64,000 nt of DNA from Octopus vulgaris (Eukaryota), in contig OX597818.1 of the NCBI GenBank assembly GCA_951406725.2, forward strand, positions 38,130,001 to 38,194,000, given 5' to 3'. Positions 23,816-37,079 of this stretch are shown here, one piece after another (position 1 is the stretch's first letter; each line of letters opens with the position of its first letter). The notes under the pieces were generated by a model, which was not told the DNA's origin, did no database searches, and saw only the letters and a program-made list of their open reading frames with translations. Position numbers and translations under genes: made by a program.

Positions 23816-24364
23816 TAGTTAGTTGCCAGATCACCAAGGGGTATCATCTACGATGCTCCAGCATCCTATCCACGAGGAAACGTTTCTCTCGCTTACTTTG
23901 TATCTAATAACTGAAAGTAGACACAGGTTTTAAAAGGTCCCTTGATTCAGTGGCCAATCGAAGAAGCCCTTGTTTTAGCCACTCATCACATCCCGACCCT
24001 TATACAGTAAACCCAAAAGTATTGTCCCCATAAAAGCGTCGCCCGGAGCCGACCATCTCCTCGTCCCCTTCTAGCTACACTACTGCTTGGGTTCATGAGG
24101 AACAAAATTAAAAAAGAATATTTGTATTTATAGTTTTATATGAGAGCAATGCAATTTCTCAAAGTAGGCAATATAACGTTGGATCGTTAGACAGCGCAAT
24201 TATTAGCACAGTTGCACAGACTATGGATTCGATAGTGCAACATTTCAAACAATAATGAATGTTAATTTTACCTTCAGACTTCTCCAAGTATGGTAGGAAT
24301 TCGCAAAAACGGCACTTGTTTTTATTTTCCCCGAACCTCACTCTATCGGAATATGAAGTAGACA

Positions 24365-24752
24365 TCTATATATATAAAAGTGAGGTTGTGTGGTGTCTGT
24401 CTCCTACGATTTAGATTCCTAACTACTCCCACATTTTGCGGTGCAGTTTAACCAAAAGCGGGTATCTTATACTCGTGATTCATATCGAGCCCTTCTGGAT
24501 ATTAGCGCGCGTCTACGATGAGTCTACGATTAAAAAAAAAAATTACCATAATTTTTTCCCACTTTTAATGCATTTTTTGGCATATATAAGGGAAGTAACT
24601 CTCTAAAAATGTATTATTAAATCTCAGAACGTAAAAAGCTACAGTAACACCCCCCTTTGTGGTAAGCCATATTGAGATGGCTTTACATCTCTAAAAATGC
24701 TTATATAGTTATTTCCCTTACAAACCCGAGCAACGCCGGGCGATACTGCTAG
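24365..24752 (+). mobile_element. Non-autonomous Helitron
   Basis: A|TC start, 3' hairpin cccgagcaacgccggg, CTAG|T end, no TSD. Confidence 0.85.
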
Positions 24753-25710
24753 TTGAAAATAAAGAGATAGCAGTCATCTGGTAAATGCAAGCAGGGAAAC
24801 TAATTTTTGCTCCTTCCAGTCTTTCTTGCCTTTGAAATTAAACCTTGCCTGCGATAGACAGGCAAAGTGTTCTATATGAGTAATTGGACTGTATGAGTAA
24901 TGGAACTCATATAAGTTATTGCTTTTGCAATAATTACTCATAACTCGATGAATGTGTCCGTTGCGAGTAAAATATGCTATAGACAACGTTTCTGTCAATA
25001 CCGGATACAACCTAATGCTGCTGTTCGGCCTGGTATTAGCACTCATCGAACAGATCAAGACATGATTTTAAAATATGTTTTCAGGTACTGTGTACCCCGG
25101 ATTAATGTCATTCAAAGTGGTTGGGCTTTTTTCTTTCTTTTTAAGACAGCTTAAGGCAATAAATAAAATAAGTGCGCAGTGTTCCCGAAATGCAAAGTAA
25201 TCAACCTGAAATGTACAATTATGACTTCATTTTGTCAAGTAAATGAGACGACGACGCTATTTAAAACCGTTTTTAGATTATTTTCCTTTGTTATTTGTTT
25301 TTCGAAAACATCATGTAAGTACAGATTTATTTCACATTTACTTACAAGTATGAAATTACTAAACTCTTAGGATCAACACACGCACACATACAAATAGCAA
25401 AACAGAACCATTTTCCATCTGTTGGTTAATTATCTTGTCAGACTAGAATGAACAAGGCATTAAGTCAATCATGACGTGATGCTAACAAGGTAAGAAACAT
25501 AACATATGCCACATGAACGTCTAAAAGTGGATTAATGTTTAGAATTAGGTCGTAGGCATGATTTTTAATCTGCATGTGCTCTGCTGAAAGTAAGATTTCA
25601 TGTCTGCTACTATATCCAATAATTCGAGTTATTCATATTTCATGCATAGTGAATGCTCTACTTTCTAATGCAATGTTCTTATTTATGTATTAAAAAGAAA
25701 TTCTGCAGAT

Positions 25711-25842
25711 AGGCGTAGGAGTGGCTGTGCGGTTCCGGGTTCAGTCCCCACTGCGTGGCTCCTAGGGCAAGTGTCTTCTATAATAGTCTCGGGCCGACCA
25801 AAGCCTTGCGAGTGGATTTAGTAGACAGAAACTGAAAGAAGT

Positions 25843-25881
<39 letters not shown>

Positions 25882-26095
25882 ATATGTTTGTGTGTCTGTG
25901 TTTGTCCCCCCAACATCGCTTGACAACTGATTCTGGTGTGTTTACGTCCCCGTAACTTGGTTCGGCAAAAGAGAACCGATAGAATAAGTACTAAGCTTAC
26001 AAATAATAAGTCCTAGGGTCGATTTGCTCGACTAAAGGCGGTGCTCCAGCATGGCCACAGTCAAATGACTGAAACAAGTAAAAGAGTAAAGAGAT
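25711..26095 (+). mobile_element. SINE family A
   Basis: ggcgtaggagtggctgtg head to aaacaagtaaaagagtaaa tail. Confidence 0.85.
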
Positions 26096-26616
26096 AAGGG
26101 TGGGGACGATGGATTTTTTTTTTTCAAGGGTCCCATAATTACACTGTTCTCACAGCTAAATGCAGATACTGAATCTGGTTGATATAGTGGCCATAAATTT
26201 GACAATGTTTATGGAAAAGGACCTCTGGATACAAAGTATCCACCTGGTCGTGTGTCTGTAGGATTCAAAAGTAAGATGCAGCTGATAAAATAAAATGTCT
26301 GAGATATTCCAGTCAGTTATAAGGAAACTGTATTGGAAACAAGTTTGATGTAGACTTCATTGGCGATGCTGGACTAAGTCAGAAATTATAACCGGCTGCC
26401 TGCCATATGTACAGAAGAGAGAACACAATATGGAAAAATTGATGAAAATCACTGCCAGAGAGATGCCCATCAAATAAGTTTGTAACCAAAGCAAATTTCG
26501 TCGTTAAATGAAACCGAAAAGATTTCTGAGATTCAATTGCTGTGTATAGTAAGCAATACAAACAACCGTAGCAAAATTTATAGATGGATATGTCGCGTGA
26601 CATGAAGATACTCATA

Positions 26617-27011
26617 TCTTTATATATGAAAGTGAAGTTGTGTGTCTGTCTCCTACGATTTAGATTCCTAACTACTCCCACATTTTGCGGTGCAGTTTAA
26701 GCAAAACCGGGTATCTTATAGTCGTGATTCATATCGAGCCCTTCTGAGTATTAGCGTACGTCTACGATGAGTCTACGATTTTAAAAAAATTTACCATCAT
26801 TTTTTCCATTTTAATGCATTTTTTCGCTATTATATAAGGAAGTAACTCTCTAAAAATGTCTACGATGAGTCAACGATTTTTTTTTAAATTTACCATCATT
26901 TTTTTTCCATTTTTAATGCATTTTTTTGCTATTTTTTGGCCATAACTCTCTAAAAATGCTTATATAGTTATTTCCCTTACAAACCCGAGCAACGCCGGGC
27001 GATACTGCTAG
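26617..27011 (+). mobile_element. Non-autonomous Helitron, same family as 24365
   Basis: A|TC ... cccgagcaacgccggg..CTAG|T; internal ~95-bp duplication (tctacgatgagt..). Confidence 0.85.
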
Positions 27012-27207
27012 TTTGCTATAAACAACTGGTCGTCTAGGAGAGAAGCTTCTGAAATGCAAAAACTGTTCGACTGTAATAAGCCATTTAGTCCATTTAATAC
27101 TATTGATTTAGATGTTTATTACATCAATCTTCTTTTATTGCTATCTTTTAAACTATTATCCAAAGTGATCTCGATCGATTCCAGCAGAAAAATTTTACTT
27201 TTAGCTG

Positions 27208-27619
27208 GGATCTTTTCGGTTTGAACGGCAGTTTTTAAAAATAATTTCCACGTAACTAAACACTTTTAAACCTCGTATGCTGGTAGAATGTGTTTATAAA
27301 ACAACTTTTTCTCTTGGATTTATTGAGAAAATTCTATAGTTTCTAAGATATTTGTTGTTGTTTTTCTTCAATTTCTGCAATTTCAACCAATCAATGACGT
27401 CTATCGAGGTGAAAACATTCTGTGCTGTATGAATATGTCCCTCGTTTAAGAAACAGATTGGGTTTATTTACATTTCTGAAGAAAAAAAAGATACCCTTCT
27501 CCTCACCCCTAACCCTAAAACAGATTGAAATGCAATAGATCGATACTAGGGTCATAATTATGGGTGACAATTTCATATGACACCGCTAGAAAAAACTGCC
27601 GTTCAAACCGAAAAGATCC
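27208..27619. mobile_element. GG-terminated MITE with 8-bp TSD (Merlin-like by inference)
   Basis: ~29-bp perfect TIR ggatcttttcggtttgaacggcagttttt; TSD tttagctg; internal ccctaa repeats; 412 bp. Confidence 0.9.
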
Positions 27620-27731
27620 TTTAGCTGAGGTTTAGTGTAGAACTGAAATCAATATGTACTGAAATACCTTATCACATATATTCAAGGACACCTGCAAGTC
27701 GATCACAGGTATTCAACATATATTTTGATGC

Positions 27732-28112
27732 AGGCGTAGCTGTATGGTAAGAAGTTTACTTCTCAATCACGTAGTTCCGGGTGCAGTTCTATTACGTGGC
27801 ATTTTAGGCGAGTGTCTTCTCCAAAAGCCTCGGGCCAACCAAAGCTTTGTGAGTGGATTTGGTCGATGGAAACTGAAAGAAGCCCGCCGTATAAGTGTGT
27901 GTGTGTATGTCCTCCACGACCACCTGACAACTGGTGCTGGTGTACTTACGTACCCGTAATTTAGCGGGTACATAAGTATAAAAGACCGATAGGATAAGAG
28001 CCTGGCTTTTAAAAAAATAAATACTGGGGTAGATTCATTCGACTAAAATTTCTTTAAGGCGGCGCTCCAGCATGGCCGCGGTTTAATGACTGAAGCAAGT
28101 AAAAGATAAGAA
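27732..28112 (+). mobile_element. SINE family A
   Basis: gcgtagctgtatggtaag head; gctccagcatggccgc..aagtaaaagata tail. Confidence 0.8.
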
Positions 28113-28761
28113 ATACGATGAAAAGATTGGTGCGTTTATTTATTCATTTATTTATTTGTACGGGTCACCTAGACGAACTTTCACAGCTGGAGCAAAGAAA
28201 ATTTCAGAAATTGATACCTCTAAAGCGATTTCCTCCGGTGGTTTGAAGTTAGATGTGCAGAATATACTTTTTGTATCTTGTGGATTCTGTTCACGTTTCA
28301 TGGAAATCATTAGTTACATATTCACAACAGAGTGAATGATATTTACAACGTAATACAAATTCACTGCAGAGTAAACTTAAGAGCTACGATAAATTTCTCA
28401 TAGACGTAGGCAATTTGCGACTGTTGTGCCTCTCGGGAATGGTTCTGTTTTGTTGAAAATGTTTCAGTTTAGGATTCCATTCACATTCTTTCCATTGTAG
28501 ACTTTAAACTATAAATTCAGGCCCTTTACATATATATGTATATGTGTGCCTGTGTGTATGTATGTATATATAAATTCAAGCGCTTTATGAACAAGAAGCA
28601 GCTTACAAAGAGGTTTGGAGGAATTACTGCCCTCTGAATTCGACGAAAATAGCTAACTGGAAAATGCATCCCTATGGATGAAAGAAGGGAGACTGCCAAA
28701 AGAAATCAATTTGTCACAGCTCGCTTTCCCAACCGATTTGAACTTGATATATTTGACCAGC

Positions 28762-28945
28762 AAGCCGGCGAGCTGGCAGAAACGTTAGCACGCCGGGCGA
28801 AATGCTTAGCGATAGTTCGTCTGTCTTTACGTTCTGAGTTCAAATTCCACCGAGGTCGACTTTGCCTTTCATCCTTTCGGGGTCGATAAATTAAGTACCA
28901 GTTGCATACTGAGGTCGATCTAATCGACTGGCCCCCTCCCCCCAT
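28762..28945 (+). mobile_element. SINE family B
   Basis: ggcgagctggcagaaacgttagcacgccgggcg..gcctttcatcctttcggggtcgataaa. Confidence 0.85.
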
Positions 28946-28959
28946 AATTCATGCTCTTT

Positions 28960-29770
28960 TCCACCAGCACCTTCCCGTGTGCTATACAGAATCGTTACAT
29001 GGGTACCTGTATTAGCACCTCTTCTCTCACCAGCAAACTGCACATTTCCTTCATTGCTTTTCTTAACTCCTCCCACTCTGGCTTAAAATTCACCTCTTCC
29101 ATCTCTACCACTTCTCAAGTACACCTACTCTGTCTTTCAAAACCAGAACTCTGTTTCTAGCTTTCTTTTATCTCACTTCACCCTACTCTCACCAAATCTG
29201 CCATACCTTACGCCTAAGTCTTCCGTCAGTGCCATTTTAATAACCGAGACTTTGGTTTCAAAGCTAGATTAGACATAAATGATCGACTTCTTCCAACAGC
29301 TTGGTTATTCCCCAATTGCCATCGACGCTGCTCATTGTCGTGTCTTCGCTATTGACCGCAACTCCACCATTCTATCTTCTACTCGTCCTTCCACCAACTA
29401 CTTTTACTTCCTGCTTTACTTTCCATTCCACCATTTGACTACTCCAATGCTCCATTCTGCAAAAACTTCCGTGTCTGCGAATCCAACTCTGCTACCGCCT
29501 ACAGCTTTCCTAAATACCATTTACCCTTCTTACAGCAGCGACTTCAAAATGGATGATTTTTCTGGTTCACACCCAGTTCCTCCAGTTTTTTTCCACACCT
29601 TTGCATGCGCTCGCTTGTGTTACAATACTTGACACCTTGCGTATAATACCACAATCCTACACAATCCTAGATCATCTTTCTATCATGAGGTACTTTAAAT
29701 GCACTTTAAAAAATGTCAGCTACTACATCAAATGCTAACTCTTTGGTATGTTGTATATCGGGTGTAAATG
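28960..29770 (+). mobile_element. Degenerate Penelope-like element (RT plus GIY-YIG remnants)
   Basis: SFIAFLNSSHSGLKFTSSIS (like FxxFxNxxHPxIKFT); FQQLGYSP; FKCTLKNVSYYIKC..GMLYIG at the GIY-YIG position. Confidence 0.7.
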
Positions 29771-29913
29771 TGTGCAAACAGGAGTCACCAAATGTAAAAT
29801 TGCTTTTGTAACGATTGTAAACAATCATGCGATTTGTCGTTTGAGATGAATTTTTGCAAAACCTTTGCAAACATTTATTCTAAATGCCGATTCGAGTATA
29901 TTTAAATCTATGG

Positions 29914-30177
29914 TAGTGTTTCTCGACCATATTTTTTTAATCTATAGACCCCCTTTGATTCCTATTTTACTCAGATGGACCCTCCAATCCATTCGATATT
30001 TTTAAAAATCCTATTGTATTTTTATTATTAAATATTATTAGAAATTGTATTTTAAAAAATTGTTATAATATTTTGTGTATTGTAAAAGTATAAGTAATTT
30101 ATTACTCATAAATTTTAACAACAAAATCTTGTACTGACCCCCACAAGGCACATATGGATCCCGGCTAAGAACCAATG
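29914..30177. mobile_element. hAT-like MITE
   Basis: Ends tagtgtttctcgacc / ggctaagaaccaatg; 8-bp TSD atctatgg/atctatag; related copy at 59801. Confidence 0.65.
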
Positions 30178-30199
30178 ATCTATAGCAACATACGTTGTT

Positions 30200-30545
30200 G
30201 TTGGCATCCTTTTGTCTCGGGAGACAATGGAGTTGCGCATAAACTAATCCAGTCTGGTTTTTACATTTCATGTCCTCTCCAGTTTTGCGCAGGCCTGGGC
30301 TAGATGTGAGAAAATCCTGGGTTGCCCAATCGTCAGGATTCCTCTGTTGACCTTGCTGACGTAGTCCAAAGGAGTGCAGAGCATTACGTTTGGCACCAGC
30401 TTGGTTGCAGTAGCTGCCGGAAAAGTGTCGAGTCGAACACTAAACCACCTACGGGGCTCCACTCCGGATTTCTTTGAAGGTTGTCTCCTTTCCGTAACCC
30501 TGGATAGGGGCCCATACCGGCTACTGTCAGCCGTAGCCAGCTGAG
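30200..30545 (+). mobile_element. GC-richer interspersed repeat, possibly an RTE 5' UTR fragment
   Basis: ggcatcc..gtctcgggagacaatgg and ggcaccagcttggttgcag resemble RTE 5' ends; no ORF support. Confidence 0.35.
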
Positions 30546-31140
30546 CAATATATCAGGAAATGTATAATGCAAGTGTGCGTGTTGGTTTAACAGGAATTTG
30601 GATGAATGCATGTGTTGTGACAGTTTGTTGGTTTGTTTGTTAGACTGATAATCGTATTCAAAGAATGAACTCTGTCTCTGTTTATATCAAGGAGTTAAGC
30701 CGATGATTTAATGAGACAGAGTTCAAAAAGGTCAAACAGAAGTTTCCTTTCCTTACTGTAGTTAACGAGAGGATAACAAGTAGGAAGCGAAATTCACTAT
30801 AAACGAATCGAAAGTTTAGCAGATCGAATCTGGTCTAAGCTTTCCGTTCCCAGCAGAAAATGGTCGGCCGTTAGTTGATCATTTTAGGGAACGTCTATTG
30901 GACGCTCAGCATAACAACACTGGATTACTCAAGCCTGTAACCTACCACTTCAGTTCTCGGGGTTATTCCTACAAGCATCTTACGGCTGGTACAACAAACA
31001 CTATGTTCTCTTGTTTCCTGGCCTCATTGAGAATAACAGTTTGTCCGATCTATGTTTCTTTGGTAATACTAACCACATAGTATGGCGTCATATTCCCGCC
31101 ACCAACACATTTATTCTTTATCATTACCTCTCCACACACA

Positions 31141-31413
31141 CACATTCTCCTTCCGACTATCATAACTTTGGGCCGCTCAAAGATGATTTACGAGGTCGTC
31201 GATTTCCTACGGATGAAAATGTGAAGGAAGCAGTGCATAAATGGTTGCACGACCAACAGGAAACCTTTTTCTTGAAGGGAATATATAAGCTTGTGGACCA
31301 CTGGACCAAGTGCATCGAAAAGGAAGGAGATTATATAGAAAAATGACGTACTTGTTTATCCCCTGCTTTTGTGTAAATACAAGAGTGCGTATAATTTTTG
31401 ACTCTCCCTTACA
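31141..31413 (+). mobile_element. mariner transposase 3' fragment with terminal repeat
   Basis: HSPSDYHNFGPLKDDLRGRRF..V..WL..FF.KGI.KLV..W.KCI..EGDYIEK* (ends 31346), then gtgcgtataatttttgactctccctta-ca-TA. Confidence 0.85.
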
Positions 31414-31419
31414 TATATA

Positions 31420-31638
31420 ATAAATGCGCCCTTTTAAAGCCTAGCCTGGCTCATGGGCCCGGTTTCCATGGCGTATGTGTTCCCCAGCTGGATGGGACGC
31501 CAGTCCATCGCAGCGTTACTCGTTTTTGCCAGCTGAGTGTTTTGCTCAAGAACACAACGCGTCGCCCGGTCCAGGAATCGAAACCACAATCTTACGATCA
31601 TGGTGCTGACACCCTAACCACTAAGCCACGCGCCTCCA
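31420..31638 (-). mobile_element. tRNA-derived SINE, head D with tail type 1
   Basis: atgcgcccttttaaagcctagcc..ccactaagccacgcgcctccac. Confidence 0.85.
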
Positions 31639-32240
31639 CGCTATATATATATAAAACTACAGCAATTGGATGGGAAGTGGGGGGTTAAGGACACACAGCA
31701 TAATACCAGTCGCCAGGATATGAACAATTCTTCAGGGGTGACACCGAGACCTTATCCACTCAGTCATTACGATTTTCCTTTTCTTTTATAATAAAGATGT
31801 TATAAAAGTGTAACACGAGTTGGTAAATAAGAGAAATGATCTGAAGTGGTTTCTAAGTTGTGAATTTAATACAGCATTTGTACTGGCAATTAAATGTTGT
31901 TTAGGTGTCGAAATAACACTCAAGTTTTCGTAATTAACATCGTGCAAACTCATTTCGAGGAGTCATTGAATTACGTGTTAACACATGACCCATAAACAAA
32001 CTCTGCAATACTTTTATACCTTTCATAATAAATCCCCCAAAGACTTGACCGTTAGAATTAAGTTATAACAATCTACCTATCTATCTAGATTATAGCTGCG
32101 TATACTGCAACATATTCGAATTTATACACTGAATATAAGACTAGATTTAAAATGTACGTGTAAAAGTTGTGATTGCTTGCATATATACGAAACGAACAGA
32201 GCGTGCGAATGTGTATTTGATTGGTTTCCAAACTTCAGGG

Positions 32241-32567
<327 letters not shown>

Positions 32568-33007
32568 CAGGACGAGTCCGAAACCAGTTCGACTACTTTC
32601 ATGTTACTAAATGTATATTACTAAATAGTAGTTGTCCTAAAATTAGGAGAAACAACTTTGAATTAATAAAAAAAAATTACAATAAATAACGGGCACCGAT
32701 TTTACTCGTTTGAAAATAAGTACAATAGATAACAACACCTAAAATAGTAATAGTAATTTGTGAATAAATTGAGAATAGCTTCACGTGCATACATTTGATA
32801 GTCGAAACTGGCTCTTAATCACACAAGAGCATTGAATAATATATTAATTAATCAAACGCATGCACATGAACCTTTTCACAACTGATGCACGGACACACTC
32901 GCGCTATCCCGATATTTTATTGTCTTTCATATCATCTTACAGAGAATGCACTGACGAACAAATGTTTAAAACCAATACCTTTTGCTTGATGTCTTGTTAA
33001 TAAGTTG

Positions 33008-33676
33008 GGATCTTTTCCTTTTGAACGGCACATGTCAAGACAATTTCTAGTTAACTAAACATTTTAAAACTTCGTATACTGGTATAATGTGTCAAAATAA
33101 AACATTTTTCTCTTGGCTTTCTCGATAAAATTGTAATTCGTTTGTTTAACGTAGTTTAATTTTTCGAATTTTAACCAATGAATCGCCTCTAATTGAGCTA
33201 AAATCATTAGCTGCGTCTAAAACTGAGACAACATCCTGTCACTAAACCTCACCCTAACCCTAACCCCAAATTTTTTTTTCTTAATTGTTAAATTAATTTA
33301 ATTGTTACGCGTGTAAAAAAAAAAACGGAAGGCTAAAACGAAAGCAATGGAAAATAATTTAAACAATTAACAAACAAAATACACGCGTAACAATTAAATT
33401 AATTTAACAATTAAGAAAAAAAAGTTAGGGTTAGGGTTAGTGACAGGATGTTGTCTCAGTTTTAGACGCAGCAAATGATTTTAGCTCAATTAGAGGCGAT
33501 TCATTGGTTAAAATTCGAAAAATTAAACTACGTTAAACAAACGAATTACAATTTTATCAAGAAAGCCAAGAGAAAAAAATGTTTTGTTTTGACACATTCT
33601 ACCAGTATACAAAGTTTTAAAGTGTTTAGTTAACTAGAAATTGCGTTGACATGTGCCGTTCAAAAGGAAAAGATCC
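33008..33676. mobile_element. Foldback MITE, 669 bp, related to the 27208/42077 family
   Basis: ~305-bp near-perfect inverted arms, GGATC...GATCC ends, TSD ataagttg (33000-33007, 33677-33684), internal (CCCTAA)n/(TTAGGG)n. Confidence 0.9.
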
Positions 33677-34407
33677 ATAAGTTGTTTTAAGTTATTCTCT
33701 CTCTCTCCTCCCCTCTCAAGTGGCGGCGGCGGTGGCGTATAGAGCTAACACGAGTTTTCGTGGTTGATAAAACAGGTATAATCAGTCTTAACTCATGGAA
33801 CTGTAATTACTTATTTGTATTTCCGACCTGTTCGGGGTTTCAGTGGGAATACAAGTCCACGTATGGTACCCGGTCACATGCATACACTCTCTGAAATAGT
33901 GTGATCCATAGCAGTTCATCTAGCTGTCGATCATCGCAGAGGATTCGCTGACCAAGACCTCGCCGATTATCGGAACAGATGTACCTGAGTTTAAAGCTAA
34001 GGGGTGCATCACTCCCAGTGGCCTTCAGCACACTGGACACCAACTCGGAATTTCTCAGGGTCCCTGCTGTTGCCAGATGGTCGTTCAACCTATACTAGGT
34101 CCATCAGTCCTTAAACAGGTCTTGTTTATAGTCATGCTAGGTTTCTAGCAACCTTTCTCACCAGGCATGCCTAGTCGAGGAGCCAGTTTAGTCACCGACG
34201 ACCTGACTGTGCTACAGGTTGTACTGGATTCCATGTTGCCAGTAGCACTCATGAGAGACCTCACAAGTGACCTGTAGTCTGGTTCGTCCTGCAGAGAGAC
34301 AGTCAGATAACCTTGTGGTTTACCTAAAAGAGTCTTTTTACACTGTAAAGATGAGCAAATATTTATTAAACGTACGAATGTGAACTTTTTTCCCCCTTTT
34401 TTTTAAT

Positions 34408-34712
34408 TTATGCACCCTTTTCAAGCCTAGCCAAGTTCATGGGCCCAGTTTCCCGGTTTCTATGGCGTATGTGTTCCCCCCAGCTGGACGGGACGCCAGT
34501 CCATCGCAACGTTACTCAAGAAATAGGAAGAAAGAGTGAGAGAAAGTTGGGGCGAAAGAGTACAACAGAGGTCGCCACCACCCCCTGCCGTAGCCTCGTG
34601 GAACTTTAGGTGTTTTCGCTCAATAAACACACACAACGCCCGGTCTGGGAATCGAAACTGCGATCTTCCGACCGCGAGTCCGCTGCCCTAACCACTGGGC
34701 CATTGCGCCTCT
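34408..34712 (-). mobile_element. tRNA-derived SINE, head C with tail type 1
   Basis: gcacccttttcaagcctagcc tail; ccctaaccactgggccattgcgcctc head. Confidence 0.85.
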
Positions 34713-35827
34713 CTATTTACCATTTATTGCTTATTAATTTTTAGGATCGTGAGATCAAATCCAATACCGATAAAATAAAATGTCAGTCAAGTTTTGGGTC
34801 GATATAATCGACTGTTCTCTCTTGCCCTGCTCAATGAGAGTTGTTACGTCTATGTAAGACATCAATATTTAAGGATACGATTGTCTTTTATTGTTTTTAA
34901 TTTATTTGATCAGACTTTTGGGGAGGAGAGCAGTAGACTTAGTAAGTTCTCCCAGACAAATGAGATCGATGTGATGATTATGTTTGAACTTCTGCTGGTC
35001 AGCGTCTGAAGAAAAATAAATGAAGGGCAAAAAATACAAATGAGGATAGCAGTTTACAATTCCTTCAGTCACCAGAAACTAATCACCGAAAGTTGACTAT
35101 GGAGATGATATGAAAGTAACATTAAGAGTAAACCCTCAGCATAATCACAGCCCAAAGATTGGAATAGATGGAAAAAAATATGGACGGGGATGTAATTCCA
35201 GTGGGATTGCAGTTCTGAGAGGAATCATGAAACCGAGTTTTTTAGTGCGGTATGTGTGCATGGAACACAGAATTAATGAGAATGGAGGAAAGGGATTGAG
35301 TGTGAAGTGCAATTCAATTTGTGAATTCGTACGAGTAGTTGAAAAGACAGCCTTTCTCTAAGTAAATAGTTGCAACTTGCTGGTGAATGAAGGTTTGCTA
35401 AGCCGAATGAACTTATTACCGGTGTAGACTTACTGTGTTTGTATATTGGAGCAGTATTCTAATTTAAGTCGTACTTGACCTTTGTAGAGGGTCATTAACA
35501 GATCAGGGCAAAAATATTTTGTAACCCTGAAGAGGAAACTCAATCTTTGTAATATAGTCTTGGCAAAGTAAGAATGTCTTCAAGGCTTCGGTTCGTGAAA
35601 GCAGAGCAAGTCTGGCGCTAAGAGTCTAGATATTACGTGGATGGTACCTATTTTTCGGAAGGTCGAAAACTGAAGCATAACATCTTTTTTTAATAAGTGT
35701 GCGTGTGTGCGCGTGCGTACGCGTAGGTGTGTATGTTTGTGCGCCGCTGTTGTTAGAAATGGCAAAACGTAGGTTAGTCATGTACAGAAGGTAAAATATG
35801 GAAGGCAACTAAATACTGGAATACTCC

Positions 35828-36359
35828 TGTAACGGGAATTAATTGCTTCTTGCACTTTTGGGGTGCAACTCGGGTGCATTCACAATTTCCGTTCCTTTAA
35901 ATTTCCAGATTCTGCCAGTCAAAGAACACAAACGCAACAGTAAAAATATATACTCTTTATTTTTCTTATAACAGTAAGAAATAAGGTGGTATATTTGGTT
36001 CCACTTGGTTCTGGATGTGGCAAGGCTGAACTTTAACGCTTGTAAGAATCTTACAAGTTCAGCAGCAAACAGAGCTGGTCAAATATGGCGTCCTTAGAGA
36101 GCGAAGAAAATACTGTCTGCAACAATTTGGTATCGAGAGCCTTCTGGTGACTGTTACGTGTCTCTGGACGCTTTTTTGTTAAGGTTCACGCTCCCTCACC
36201 TCCTGTCAGCTAAAATGCCACATCATCATTTCCTTCTTCCGGTCTTCGCGCATGCGCGAGAGGGTACTTACCCTCTGCCTTTCCAGAAGGCTCCAACCCC
36301 GCACACGCGAACTGAAGATGACGTTGCGCGCGCGCGCACTGTTGGATAGCGTCACTACA
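35828..36359 (-). mobile_element. Solo LTR (Gypsy-like by 4-bp TSD)
   Basis: TGTAAC...ACTACA termini, TSD ctcc (35824-35827, 36360-36363), minus-strand AATAAA at ~35956, CpG-rich; 532 bp. Confidence 0.65.
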
Positions 36360-36580
36360 CTCCAAAGAAGGATCCACCAGCGCACACTGCAATTGACAAG
36401 AAACTTCCAAAATGGGAAATGAGAAATAGAGGGAAATCACAAGCGGGCAGTTTGACTGGAAGGTTCCCATAACTGACGCAGTTGAAGACAGTAACATTGT
36501 TTTCACTTGGTGTAGAATGACAGAAAAATTTATATACAATGTTTGTTACAGACCATAAACATTCATCAGTTTCACAAGTA

Positions 36581-37057
36581 TCGTAAATCTTCGAGTATAG
36601 TCCACCCTTGAGTATAATACGCAGAACCTTGTGTATAATACACACGCCTTCTCTAACTTGAGTCAAGGCGGTCTATATAACGTCCTTGGTTTGTAAAAAT
36701 GTATACGGTAACGTCCTTTATTATTATTGTATATATAACATAATGCAAACGTGTAGCTTTTTTGTGCATTTTGTTTGCAGAAAATAAAGAAATAACAGTA
36801 ATAACGTTTAATAAATGTTGCTTACTGCAAGTTACGGATGATTCTTTTATGACTTCATTGCTTTCAGGCTTAGCTTAAGGTATTTTCGCGCCCTACATCA
36901 CAAAATGCATCTGAATAAACATTGCCGGACAGCAAATAGAGACTCGGACATTGCTTAGAAAATATTTTTCATTTTTAACCTTGTATATAGTACGCACTAG
37001 GGATTTTGACCATTAAATTTGGGGGGGGAAATGTGGATTATACTTGAAGATTTACGG
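36581..37057. mobile_element. pogo/Tigger-like MITE, second copy
   Basis: TA-flanked TIRs; colinear with 14834-15345 apart from an internal ~35-bp deletion. Confidence 0.85.
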
Positions 37058-37079
37058 TAAGTGAGGCTGACGTTATAGT

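Noticed and set aside
26130-26616. piggyBac transposase C-terminal Cys-rich remnant
   Set aside because: Only vague motif resemblance across many stops; not supportable by eye.
35090-35450. CR1/Jockey LINE 3' end on the minus strand
   Set aside because: Too degenerate to confirm without a profile search.
36121-36141. tggtatcgagagcc as a tRNA-iMet primer-binding site after an LTR
   Set aside because: One-base insertion relative to TGGTATCAGAGC, it lies inside the TSD-bounded solo LTR, and no gag follows.
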